A DNA stretch of 43,946 nucleotides from a virus. The stretch covers positions 1 to 43,946 of the IMG/VR virus record IMGVR_UViG_3300013102_000016. The stretch is one strand, 5' to 3'. The position numbers and the translations under genes were made by a program. The notes beneath the pieces were generated by a model. That model had not been told where the DNA came from. It was given only the letters and a program-made list of their open reading frames with translations, and did not search any database. This document shows, in pieces, positions 32,331 through 40,651 of the stretch (positions within the stretch are counted from its first letter, which is position 1; every line of letters begins with the position of its first letter).

Positions 32331-32875
32331 GCTGCACCGCCTTGCGACTTCAATCGAGCAATGAATTGATCGCGACTCTCATCGTCGCGCTGCCAAAGGC
32401 CGCGCATGCGGGCCATTGCATCCAATGCATCCCCCTCCGCAACGGTCATCGCAAATCGAATTTCCGGGTGACATGCATTATCAACCGCCCGCCGAAACGT
32501 CAACGGATCACGCACACCTTTCATCACCGCATTATTCCCCCCGCTGCCCGAGATAATCACGTCGCCATAACCAAAGATGCGACCCAACATCCCCTGCTTG
32601 ACCGATACCGATTCAACCTTGGCCAGCCGGATTTCAGCAGTATCGCGCATGATCACGCCGGACTTGCGGATGACGCGCTTGCTGGTAATGCCCATCTCGG
32701 TCGACCGGATCTTCAGCCAGGCGTACAGCAACAGCATCGCGCTGATCGGCAGGCAGATGATCGACACGCCGAAGATGACGGCTGCGCAGTAGATGTGGAA
32801 CAGCGACCACTTGGAGATTTTGCCTTCGGCCAGCAGGGTTTCGCCGGCGGCCAAGGTTTGGGTGATGTAGGTCAT
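32327..32875 (-). CDS. Membrane protein with bacterial PH (bPH_2, YdbS/YdbT-like) domain (182 aa)
   Basis: Track ORF is 32327..33031. The preferred ATG is 32875 (ATGA overlap, AGGAGA SD). GETLLAEGKISKWSLFHIYCAAVIFGVSIICLPISAMLLLYAWL (two TM helices) is followed by STEMGITSKRVIRKSGVIMRDTAEIRLAKVESVSVKQGMLGRIFGYGDVII. Confidence 0.7.
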   Translation of the reverse strand: MTYITQTLAAGETLLAEGKISKWSLFHIYCAAVIFGVSIICLPISAMLLLYAWLKIRSTEMGITSKRVIRKSGVIMRDTAEIRLAKVESVSVKQGMLGRIFGYGDVIISGSGGNNAVMKGVRDPLTFRRAVDNACHPEIRFAMTVAEGDALDAMARMRGLWQRDDESRDQFIARLKSQGGAA

Positions 32876-33177
32876 TTCGATTCTCCTGTTATGGCTTTGG
32901 CGATTGCGGCTCGGGCTGGCGCGGTATTGATGATCGGAATCGGTTGAGAAAAAGCGGCAACCAGATTCCGGAGCGCCTCCAGCAGATCCGGAGCGGCAGC
33001 GATTAGTTTGGCATCCTGTGGCGACATGCAAACAGAAGTGCCGTTGATTGCGCTGGTGTCTTTGTTGAAAATCGGGTGCGGCATTCCAGATCCTGAGCGA
33101 ACCTCAAACCGCTGAACAGCAAAGTTGCTGCCGGAAACGTGCTTCAGAACCCAAGGGCCTGGAGTGTGGCTTTTCAT
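32872..33177 (-). CDS. Accessory protein, 101 aa (PGPW...AKLIAAAPDLLEAL type)
   Basis: First gene behind the 33243 promoter. HTPGPW and AKLIAAAPDLLEAL are hallmarks of a widespread small phage protein of unknown function. Confidence 0.65.
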   Translation of the reverse strand: MKSHTPGPWVLKHVSGSNFAVQRFEVRSGSGMPHPIFNKDTSAINGTSVCMSPQDAKLIAAAPDLLEALRNLVAAFSQPIPIINTAPARAAIAKAITGESK

Positions 33178-33214
33178 AATTCGTATCCCTATAAGCGCCT
33201 CATTGCGCCAGCGA

Positions 33215-33243
33215 ACTATCGTACAGGATAATCATTATGTCAA
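33215..33243 (-). promoter_or_regulatory. Sigma70-type promoter of the TTGACATA family inside the tail module
   Basis: The minus strand reads TTGACA-taatgattatcctgtac(17)-GATAGT. The -35 contains the TGA stop of 33240..33581. Confidence 0.6.
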
Positions 33244-33581
33244 GTCGGAACTTCCAATCCTCTGCGCTCCTGCATCTCTTCGGCGGTCACGAAATACAGC
33301 TCGCACCGGCCCTCGCTGAAGTCACCGATTCGAAACGGTGCCAACCCTGAGCTATCAGTGGTCACGCAAAAGAAATCAAACGGCCAGTTCAGCGCCTGGA
33401 TATGCAAGCAGCCCAGGCTCAGCATGAAGCCGTTGTAGGTCACGTTGCGCCAGCTCACATTGAACGCCCAGAACTGCGAAACCTGATAGAAGTTCAGGGT
33501 CAGCACGATCTCTTCATCATCGACAAGCAGCACATGGCGCTGGCTTGGTTCGTCCGTGATATTGATTATCTGATAAGCCAT
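33240..33581 (-). CDS. Tail/baseplate-associated hypothetical protein (113 aa)
   Basis: ORF in the tail module downstream of the TMP-distal gene. Confidence 0.55.
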   Translation of the reverse strand: MAYQIINITDEPSQRHVLLVDDEEIVLTLNFYQVSQFWAFNVSWRNVTYNGFMLSLGCLHIQALNWPFDFFCVTTDSSGLAPFRIGDFSEGRCELYFVTAEEMQERRGLEVPT

Positions 33582-33584
33582 CCG

Positions 33585-34361
33585 TTATCTCCCGAGAACA
33601 GCAGTAAGCACGGATTTCTGTTTCTTGGCTCCCGCCCCATCACCAGACTTCGGCGACTGCACGCCCTTGTCTTTCGTTCCCTGGGTCTGGCTCTTCACGG
33701 CGGGGGCGGGTTTCTTGTAGAAGCGCCCTGCATCCGTGTAGATCGTCTTGGCAATCCGAAATTTCTGCGCCGTCAACGAGAATGTCAGGGCCTTGCGCTG
33801 GTTGTCACGCGTGATCGTCACATCATTTATCGCCATGCTTTCGTGATTGCGGTACGGCATCGAAATTGTTGTGAGTTGCTTGCCGTAATGCAGCGACTCG
33901 ATGAAGTCCACGAACTGTTCGCGAATCGGCTTCGACCCCGACTTGTTGCCGGTGAAGTCGCCAGGATTTTTACCGAGCGAAATCTGCTCGTTGATGCCCC
34001 TGCGACGATCTCCGGCGCTATCCTCGACCTTGGCCGCACGCTGATCTTGCGACGGAGTGCGCTTGGGTAGGAAAGAGTTCGTCAGTCCAACAGTTGGCAG
34101 TCTCTTATCGGACTTGCTCGGCGTTGGCGCGTTAAAGAACACGTCGGCCACGTCACCGTTGATCGTGATCTTGATCGGCGCGTTGATCAGGTGGTCGCCG
34201 ATATAGCTGCCATCCTCGACGACCGACGTCGGCGAAGCTGTGCTGTATTGCGTCTGGTCACTGACCCTGGCGAACAGGGTGAAACCACCTATGCCAACCT
34301 CTTCCAGTGAAGACGACGATAGCGCCTGATCTTCGCCGGCTTTCAGATCCTGAATGCTCAT
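33585..34361 (-). CDS. Tail protein distal to the tape measure (258 aa)
   Basis: ATGA overlap with the TMP stop. Assigned by position only. Confidence 0.55.
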   Translation of the reverse strand: MSIQDLKAGEDQALSSSSLEEVGIGGFTLFARVSDQTQYSTASPTSVVEDGSYIGDHLINAPIKITINGDVADVFFNAPTPSKSDKRLPTVGLTNSFLPKRTPSQDQRAAKVEDSAGDRRRGINEQISLGKNPGDFTGNKSGSKPIREQFVDFIESLHYGKQLTTISMPYRNHESMAINDVTITRDNQRKALTFSLTAQKFRIAKTIYTDAGRFYKKPAPAVKSQTQGTKDKGVQSPKSGDGAGAKKQKSVLTAVLGR

Positions 34362-35959
34362 CGGCCACCTCGGTTAACCTGGGTCTTGGCGGTCTTCAAT
34401 TGATCCTGCAAAGCGTTATCCACGGCGGCGCCTGCGGCTTTCGGATCGCTGCTGGCGATATCTATTTTGATGTCTTGCTTGATCTGACTGTTATTGACCG
34501 ACGTGTTGCCGGCTGGCGTCATCGCCACGGCATCGTTCGGACTCATGCCTGGCACATCCCAAGGGTCTTGCCCGCTGCCGCTTGGCAGGGGAGCTGCGTT
34601 GGCGGCCATCTCTGTTGATGGAGAGCCACCAGTGCTGATCAGGTCAACCGCCCAGTCTGGCAGAATCTTTGTCGCCGCAGATTTGATACCGCCAAGGATC
34701 TGGCTGAAGGCGGCGCCGATGAAGTCGAATAGCCCAAGGAAGATGTTTTTGATGCCCTCGCCTACTGACCCGAATGCCGCCAACAGGGAATCAAGTGCGT
34801 CACTCCAGTTGCCCTTGAACAGGGAAATAACCGCATCAAAAAGATGGACGAATGCATCAAAGAACGGTTCGCCAAAGGTCAGGATCTGCGCGAACATGGC
34901 CTTGAATGCATCAACGATACCCTGAAGTACCGGCACGATGTCCCAGCCGAAGAACTCCATGAAGAAATCTGCGATCACGGACTGGCCACCGTCGAGAGCG
35001 GTCAGCAGGTCATCAACAATCAGTAGCAGCGCGACGATAGCGGCGGTGATCAGCACGACAGGAGACAGAAGGAAAGCCATAACCGTGGCTAAACCGCCCG
35101 TCGCAAGCTGGGCTATTACGAACGCACCGGCCAACGCCAGGGCAATCGGCGTCATGCGCACAAAGAAGCCGGCAACCGACTGGATGACCTCCCCTAACCA
35201 CTGGAGGCCGCCCTTGATCAGGTCTTGGTTGGCGGTCAGGAATTCAACAAAGCCGTCCGTGATCTTCTGCGTGGCTGGCGCCAGATTGATTGCGATCTGC
35301 TGGCTGAGTGCCGCCGCCGCAAATTTGGCAACGCCGAGCGAATCCTGGAAGTCTGCCGCTGCTTGGGCCTGCTCAGTGGTGACAATGCCAAGCTGGCGAG
35401 CGGTTCCAATCAGTCCGTCGATCTCTTCGGTGGTAGCGTTGAGCAATTGAAGCGTCGACGGATCCAAGCCTAGCGCCGCAATGATGGATTTCTGTGTGCT
35501 TTTATCAGTGCCCAGCCTTGCAAATGATTCGCGTAACTCGTTGAACAGAACGTCGGCAGTCTTCACGTTGCCGCTGGCATCCTTGACGCTGATGCCAAGC
35601 TCTTCGAAAGCCTTCTTGCCCTTGCCGAGGCCGCGAGCAGCGTCACCCGACACCTTCGAAAGACCGGCAAGACTTGCGCTCATTGCCTCAGCGCTGGAAC
35701 CAGAAAGCTCAGCGGCGAACCCCAGTTCCTGAATGCTCTCGACCGTGATGCCGGTTTCGGTGCTCATGTCCAGCAGCGAGTCGGCGGCCTGAGTGTTCGC
35801 GGAGACGAACGCAACCAGGCCGCCAGCAGCGCCAATCACAGCAGCTCCGAAGCCGGTAAGCAACGCCAGGGACAGTTTCAGGTTCTCGTTGAACTCACGC
35901 TGCGGCGCAAGATCCCCGACAAAGCTGAATTTTGTGACCAGCTCGTTAACGACCGCCAT
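34358..35959 (-). CDS. Tape measure protein (533 aa)
   Basis: Located after the chaperone genes. Ala/Gly/Leu-rich with central hydrophobic segments (ALALAGAFVIAQLATGGLATVMAFLLSPVVLITAAIVALLLIV) and helical repeats. Confidence 0.8.
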   Translation of the reverse strand: MAVVNELVTKFSFVGDLAPQREFNENLKLSLALLTGFGAAVIGAAGGLVAFVSANTQAADSLLDMSTETGITVESIQELGFAAELSGSSAEAMSASLAGLSKVSGDAARGLGKGKKAFEELGISVKDASGNVKTADVLFNELRESFARLGTDKSTQKSIIAALGLDPSTLQLLNATTEEIDGLIGTARQLGIVTTEQAQAAADFQDSLGVAKFAAAALSQQIAINLAPATQKITDGFVEFLTANQDLIKGGLQWLGEVIQSVAGFFVRMTPIALALAGAFVIAQLATGGLATVMAFLLSPVVLITAAIVALLLIVDDLLTALDGGQSVIADFFMEFFGWDIVPVLQGIVDAFKAMFAQILTFGEPFFDAFVHLFDAVISLFKGNWSDALDSLLAAFGSVGEGIKNIFLGLFDFIGAAFSQILGGIKSAATKILPDWAVDLISTGGSPSTEMAANAAPLPSGSGQDPWDVPGMSPNDAVAMTPAGNTSVNNSQIKQDIKIDIASSDPKAAGAAVDNALQDQLKTAKTQVNRGGR

Positions 35960-36526
35960 CAGGATTCCTCGACTTGTACGCCTGAATATCGGCGGTGATT
36001 TGTTCGAACTCGATAGCGTCCAAAAACTCTGGTGTATCCATCGCCTCTATTTCGGCCAAGCTGCCATACCCGGCCTTTACCAAGGCGAACATCGCCATGC
36101 GCTCGCCGCTTACATTGGTTTCTCGGATGAGGTCTTCGCTTGATCCCCTGCTTGGGACGCTGAGGCGATACCTGCGGCGCGAGTAAAAGGGTAGGAGATC
36201 ACCCCCAGCGACGTAGCCACAAGCTGTACATAGTCCTCCGGGAATTCATCCCAGTGATCACGCGCCTTATTCAGCGCCACGCCATCAAACGAGATGTTCG
36301 ACCACATGACCTCTTCAACTGCCGCATACTGCGGGGTATCGAGGAATTCCATGTTGTCGGCGCGCAGTTGAGGTGCGATGGACGTGTAGAACGCGAACAC
36401 CTTGCGGCGCTGAACATGCGTCATCTTGTGGAAGCGATACTTGCGGCCATTGATTTCGGCTTCGCCGTCCTCATAGACGGCGCGAACCATTGCGACAGCT
36501 TTTTCCCGTTGCTCCTGCATTCCCAT
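35946..36526 (-). CDS. Tail assembly chaperone, predicted -1 frameshift fusion product (G-T type)
   Basis: Slippery heptamer C_CCU_UUU on the minus strand at 36191-36185, in the 0 frame (uac ccu uuu). From that point the -1 frame is open down to the TAA at 35948-35946, which overlaps the TMP start. Confidence 0.45.
36110..36526 (-). CDS. Tail assembly chaperone (138 aa, 0-frame product)
   Basis: Located between the tube and TMP genes. Typical size. Confidence 0.65.
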   Translation of the reverse strand: MGMQEQREKAVAMVRAVYEDGEAEINGRKYRFHKMTHVQRRKVFAFYTSIAPQLRADNMEFLDTPQYAAVEEVMWSNISFDGVALNKARDHWDEFPEDYVQLVATSLGVISYPFTRAAGIASASQAGDQAKTSSEKPM

Positions 36527-36529
36527 AAC

Positions 36530-36961
36530 TCAAAGACTCCGTTTGGCGGTGCGGAATTGGATGGTGTACTGCATCATCGCATTACCATCTTGGTTGTTTC
36601 TGGTTTGCGTCGGCAGCGTAGTGACGCTGCCGCCGTCCAGGTTCCAGCTTTCAACGCCGGCCTGGCCGTCCTTGCTGTAGGATTCCTTGGCGGATCCGGC
36701 GAACAGCGTTGCGCCTGGCGTGTTGATCTGGCTGAGCATGAACACGTCATCATCGCTGTACTTCTGGACGCTGAACTCCAGATCGTAAACATCCTTGTCC
36801 ATACGTTCGCCGATGGTCACGCCACCAACAGCGGAGTTCACCCGTGACGTATGCGCGTTGACGGGAGTGATCGTCAGATAATCACCCTCGCCAAAGCTCT
36901 TGAACGTGTAGTCATTCAGGATCAGCGAGCCGCTGTCCATCGAGATGGTAATAACACTCAT
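36530..36961 (-). CDS. Tail tube protein (143 aa, DUF3277-like)
   Basis: Immediately downstream of the sheath gene. Assigned by size and position. Confidence 0.7.
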   Translation of the reverse strand: MSVITISMDSGSLILNDYTFKSFGEGDYLTITPVNAHTSRVNSAVGGVTIGERMDKDVYDLEFSVQKYSDDDVFMLSQINTPGATLFAGSAKESYSKDGQAGVESWNLDGGSVTTLPTQTRNNQDGNAMMQYTIQFRTAKRSL

Positions 36962-36972
36962 TGGTCAGCCCC

Positions 36973-38475
36973 TTACAGGTTGAAATTGATGATGATGTCG
37001 ACCGAATGGATCGCGCCAGCATTCTTCACGGCTCCCTGCAGAACAGGGGACTTGCGAGCCTGGCGATCTGCTTGCGGCTGATCGCGAAGGAGGCCGGCCA
37101 GCCAGTAGAAGCCAAACTGCTCGATGTTGCGGTTAAAGGTATTGATGTTGCCGAATGTGTCAGGACTCGACCAGGTGCCTGGGCCAAATACGTTGGCGCG
37201 CACGAAGCCGCGAGAGGTTTTTTCGGCAGTGGCCACCAGCTTGTTCACGTCGCGAGTGATCTGCGCCAGTTTGGTTCCGGTCGCTTTCAGCACGTTGAAC
37301 ATGTCGGTCTGAATGGCGTCGATGAAGCCGATCAGGTTATACACGTTGTCGACGAAATCATTGGCGCCACTGGTCAGGACAACCGGCGTATCCTTGATCG
37401 TGGTGTAAACGTCGAGACCGACACGCCTGGCCGCGTCGGTCTCGGTCTGGCTGTATGATTCAGCTGGCACACTCAGCTCTTTCAGGTTCATCGTCATCGC
37501 CGAATCTTCAGCGTTGAAGTTGACCGTGTGGGTGCGCGCCATGTATGAAGCGGCCATCAACCGGTTGCCTGCCTTGCTGTACAGCATGCGGAAGTTCGAA
37601 CCGCCAGCCAGTACGACCGCCCAAACCGGGTTGGCAGTCGCTACGGCCAAATAAGTTGAACCGGTAAACACGTTGTAGATGATCGTCTGATTGGCCTGCG
37701 CCCACGCTCGGATCGTTGGAACTTCGGCATCCAGAACCAGATCAGTGAAGACGCCGCCTTTGAAATTCACCAACGCCTTCAGCGCGGACAGCGACTGAAC
37801 CTTGGTTTCGATTGGCAGAACGACCGATGCGGCTCCCTGGGTTAGGGTGCCGCCGGTGCCATTGGACATGGTGAGCAATCCGCCAATAAACGTGCCGGAA
37901 GCGCCAGGCGTCATATAGGTCAAAAGGCTGGTCACGCCAGTAGTGGAGCTGGTCACGGTCAGATAACCGTTATTGTGCGATACTACCGCGCCAGTGATGG
38001 CCGTATCGAGGATCGCGGCAACCGCGTCCAAAGTAGTGGCGGCGCTGAAATTCAGCGATGCAGCGACAACCGGGGTGGAGTCAACGGTGATATTGAAACT
38101 GCCGTCGGTGATGGTCTGAAGCTGCGAGATGATTGTGGCTTCGACGAGCTGGGTACTCTTCAGTGTTGCAGCGGTCGCCGGCACGGTTTCGGCGGTTGCT
38201 CGATGCAGGCCGATGATCAGCTCGCCGCCGAAGTTGATCGGGTTTGGCTTGGTGCCGAATACTGTTTGCGCGTACTGAGTGGTCAGCGATGCGGTTCCGA
38301 AGTCCGCCTCCACGGCAGCCGCATCGCGATAGCTGCGGAAACGCTCCGCACTGGTGATCACGCCGGTTTCGCTGGTCAGTACCGCGACGGTGTTCATGTT
38401 GTCGCGTTGAGCTTGACGCCCTTCGGGAATCAGCGCGACGTTGATCACGTTCGTGATGCTTGCGTTATTGCTCAT
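36973..38475 (-). CDS. Tail sheath protein (500 aa, DUF3383-like)
   Basis: Large ORF upstream of the tube gene. Its presence implies a contractile tail. Confidence 0.75.
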   Translation of the reverse strand: MSNNASITNVINVALIPEGRQAQRDNMNTVAVLTSETGVITSAERFRSYRDAAAVEADFGTASLTTQYAQTVFGTKPNPINFGGELIIGLHRATAETVPATAATLKSTQLVEATIISQLQTITDGSFNITVDSTPVVAASLNFSAATTLDAVAAILDTAITGAVVSHNNGYLTVTSSTTGVTSLLTYMTPGASGTFIGGLLTMSNGTGGTLTQGAASVVLPIETKVQSLSALKALVNFKGGVFTDLVLDAEVPTIRAWAQANQTIIYNVFTGSTYLAVATANPVWAVVLAGGSNFRMLYSKAGNRLMAASYMARTHTVNFNAEDSAMTMNLKELSVPAESYSQTETDAARRVGLDVYTTIKDTPVVLTSGANDFVDNVYNLIGFIDAIQTDMFNVLKATGTKLAQITRDVNKLVATAEKTSRGFVRANVFGPGTWSSPDTFGNINTFNRNIEQFGFYWLAGLLRDQPQADRQARKSPVLQGAVKNAGAIHSVDIIINFNL

Positions 38476-38971
38476 AGATCAAACCTCGTTCGCCGATTAT
38501 GCGAAGTTGTGCGATGTCGATACGCAGTATATCAACAATCACCGAAGGGCTGTAGTGGACTTGGCATTCAAGTTGCATGCGTTCGCCATACTGCTGGCCG
38601 GTCAGTTGCTTGACGTTGGTCGCTGCGCCTGGATGGTAAACGGTTATATTCAGTTCGCTTTGCAGATCAAGCGATAGCTCGGATCTGGCCAGTAGCCGGA
38701 AGTTGCTGCAAAGCGTTGCGGCGGTCGGGCCGTAGAAGTCGAACGTGAAGGCTCGCGACACAAGCTCGACGTAGCGCATTCGCTCGGTGTCGCCATCGTA
38801 GTTTGCCGAGCTGGCCAGCGGTACGTCACCAGACAACGAATCGACCACGATGTAAGGCAGCTCGAATTGCTGCCTGTCAAAGTTCACGCGTCCAGCTTTT
38901 ACGTACTGCTCTGGATGATTCATCAGGTCGCGCACAAAGCGCTGAAGCTGGATCAGGATTGGCTCAATCAT
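38465..38971 (-). CDS. Neck or tail-terminator-region protein (168 aa)
   Basis: Positioned between the head-completion genes and the sheath gene. Confidence 0.5.
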   Translation of the reverse strand: MIEPILIQLQRFVRDLMNHPEQYVKAGRVNFDRQQFELPYIVVDSLSGDVPLASSANYDGDTERMRYVELVSRAFTFDFYGPTAATLCSNFRLLARSELSLDLQSELNITVYHPGAATNVKQLTGQQYGERMQLECQVHYSPSVIVDILRIDIAQLRIIGERGLIYEQ

Positions 38972-39315
38972 GGCGTGGCCACCAGCAGCGGAAGCTTCGT
39001 TTCTTCACCATACGCCTCAGCGTATCCGTATTGACCATAGCCCTTGCGGAATGGAACCAGTTTGAAGTCACGGCCGTCCCACTCGACGTATTGGCCGATA
39101 GCCATGGGCGACACGCTGTGAATCCAGATGTATTCCAGGCTGTAATCGATCTGATCGACCACCAGCTTTTCTTTATCGGCAGGCTGCACGACACCCATGA
39201 TGTCGACGACGGTAACTGTGTTGGCCGGAATAAAGTCGATGGTTGTTTCCGTGACCGTTTTCAGCTTGATGGGCTGCGACCATTCGGTCAGGACTTCGGA
39301 CATGTCAGGGAGCAT
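38968..39315 (-). CDS. Neck / head-tail joining protein (115 aa)
   Basis: Assigned by position. 4-nt overlap. Confidence 0.5.
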   Translation of the reverse strand: MLPDMSEVLTEWSQPIKLKTVTETTIDFIPANTVTVVDIMGVVQPADKEKLVVDQIDYSLEYIWIHSVSPMAIGQYVEWDGRDFKLVPFRKGYGQYGYAEAYGEETKLPLLVATP

Positions 39316-39794
39316 TATTCAACCACCCAAGTAATGGAGTTCCGCAGAAGTCCGGTATCAATGAGGATACCAGAAGAACCCTTTGCTTTCTTGGTCGATG
39401 CCTTGATATCCGGCCATTCGCCAAAGCCCTGGGTTTTAAAAGCTTCTCGGGAGAAATTGACGCCGGCAACTCCGACTCGACCAAGCGCGATTTCGACGTC
39501 GAGCCCCTTCTCAAGCACAAGGCGAAATTGACCGTCGATGATCTTCTTCATCTCGGCTTGCTTCTCAATGAATGGTGCGCGAATGAATGAGCGCATCGGA
39601 ACGAATTGAGTCCCGTACTCATGCCAGATTCCAACCTCAAGCACGGTCGGCGCAGTTTTGTCGCCATCGGACTTGTAGGCTTTGCTGGTGGCGGTCTCGC
39701 CTTCAGGAAGGCCAACCTTCACAACAGCATTCTTCGCCCGCTCCATAGCCTTGAGCTGATTTTGCGCCAGCTCCAAGACCTGTTTCGGGGTCAT
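39315..39794 (-). CDS. HK97 gp10-like head-tail joining protein (159 aa)
   Basis: Track ORF is 39315..39869. The preferred ATG is 39794 (ATGA overlap). The C-terminal ILIDTGLLRNSITWVV matches the gp10-family motif. Confidence 0.6.
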   Translation of the reverse strand: MTPKQVLELAQNQLKAMERAKNAVVKVGLPEGETATSKAYKSDGDKTAPTVLEVGIWHEYGTQFVPMRSFIRAPFIEKQAEMKKIIDGQFRLVLEKGLDVEIALGRVGVAGVNFSREAFKTQGFGEWPDIKASTKKAKGSSGILIDTGLLRNSITWVVE

Positions 39795-40147
39795 ACAAAT
39801 ACAGCCCCAACGCGGCGACCGCCACTGAGGATCCAGTAGGTCTGGCCGTAGCGATTGGTGTTGAACCACGACGCGAGGTTACTGCCCTGGCTGGCCGAAG
39901 CCTCATAAGAGACCGAGACGCTGCCAACAGTTTTGCTGGCCACGTTACGAGCTGATCCCGCACCGCCTGGGGCCGCCGCATTGGTGAGCAGAAACGCAAT
40001 CAGGTTAAGAATCGCCTCCCTGTTCTTCGGGTTGTCGTCGTATTGGAGGCAGGTATAAGCAGGCCAGGTCGACGCGATGGCTTCAACCCACACAATCGGC
40101 GGAACCGCTGTTGCGAATCGGGCTTCGAAGTCGTCCTGGATACTCAT
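39791..40147 (-). CDS. Head-tail connector / head completion protein (118 aa)
   Basis: Assigned by its position after the capsid genes. Confidence 0.5.
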   Translation of the reverse strand: MSIQDDFEARFATAVPPIVWVEAIASTWPAYTCLQYDDNPKNREAILNLIAFLLTNAAAPGGAGSARNVASKTVGSVSVSYEASASQGSNLASWFNTNRYGQTYWILSGGRRVGAVFV

Positions 40148-40605
40148 TATTTGCCCTCGATCTTCACCAGCCCGAGCAGCTCGGCGCGCTCAAGCTTTTT
40201 GACCAGTTGCGGGTCGCGGGCGAGATCGCCCTGCGTGAAAGTGACTTCACCATAGCTTGCCAGACCCAGAGCTTTCATTGGGCTGGCCTGCAAGTTGGTG
40301 ACGACAACAGCACCTTCTTCTTGGGCAACGTCGAAACGAGCCTGGATTTCGTCCTGGATTTCGGCATCGGCGGCAGCCTTTACTTCTGGACTGAATTCAG
40401 ATTCTGGTTCAATAGGATCAGTCACGGATTCGGGTTCCACGACAGGTTCCAGCTCAACCGCTTCTGGCGCGATTTCCGGTTGCTCCACAGCAGGCTCCGG
40501 AGTTTCAGCCAGCTTCTCGTCGATCTCAGCCTGAAGGCGTTGGTCGCTCCAGCGCTTGTCAACCTTGATACCCAATTCTTCCGCTTGCTTCTTTAGATCG
40601 TCCAC
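40147..40605 (-). CDS. Acidic protein with Rho-N/HeH-like N-terminal motif (152 aa)
   Basis: GTG start at 40605, 6 nt after GGAGGG. DDLKKQAEELGIKVDKRWSDQRLQAEIDEKL is followed by an acidic Pro/Glu-rich linker. Lies directly after the capsid gene. Confidence 0.6.
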   Translation of the reverse strand: MDDLKKQAEELGIKVDKRWSDQRLQAEIDEKLAETPEPAVEQPEIAPEAVELEPVVEPESVTDPIEPESEFSPEVKAAADAEIQDEIQARFDVAQEEGAVVVTNLQASPMKALGLASYGEVTFTQGDLARDPQLVKKLERAELLGLVKIEGK

Positions 40606-40616
40606 GACGAACCCTC

Positions 40617-40642
40617 CAAAATAGGTGGCGCATCCTTGCGCC
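40617..40642 (-). terminator. Hairpin after the major capsid gene (attenuator or partial terminator candidate)
   Basis: The minus strand reads GGCGCA-AGGA-TGCGCC followed by ACCTATTTT. Confidence 0.4.
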
Positions 40643-40651
40643 TAGGGAAAA

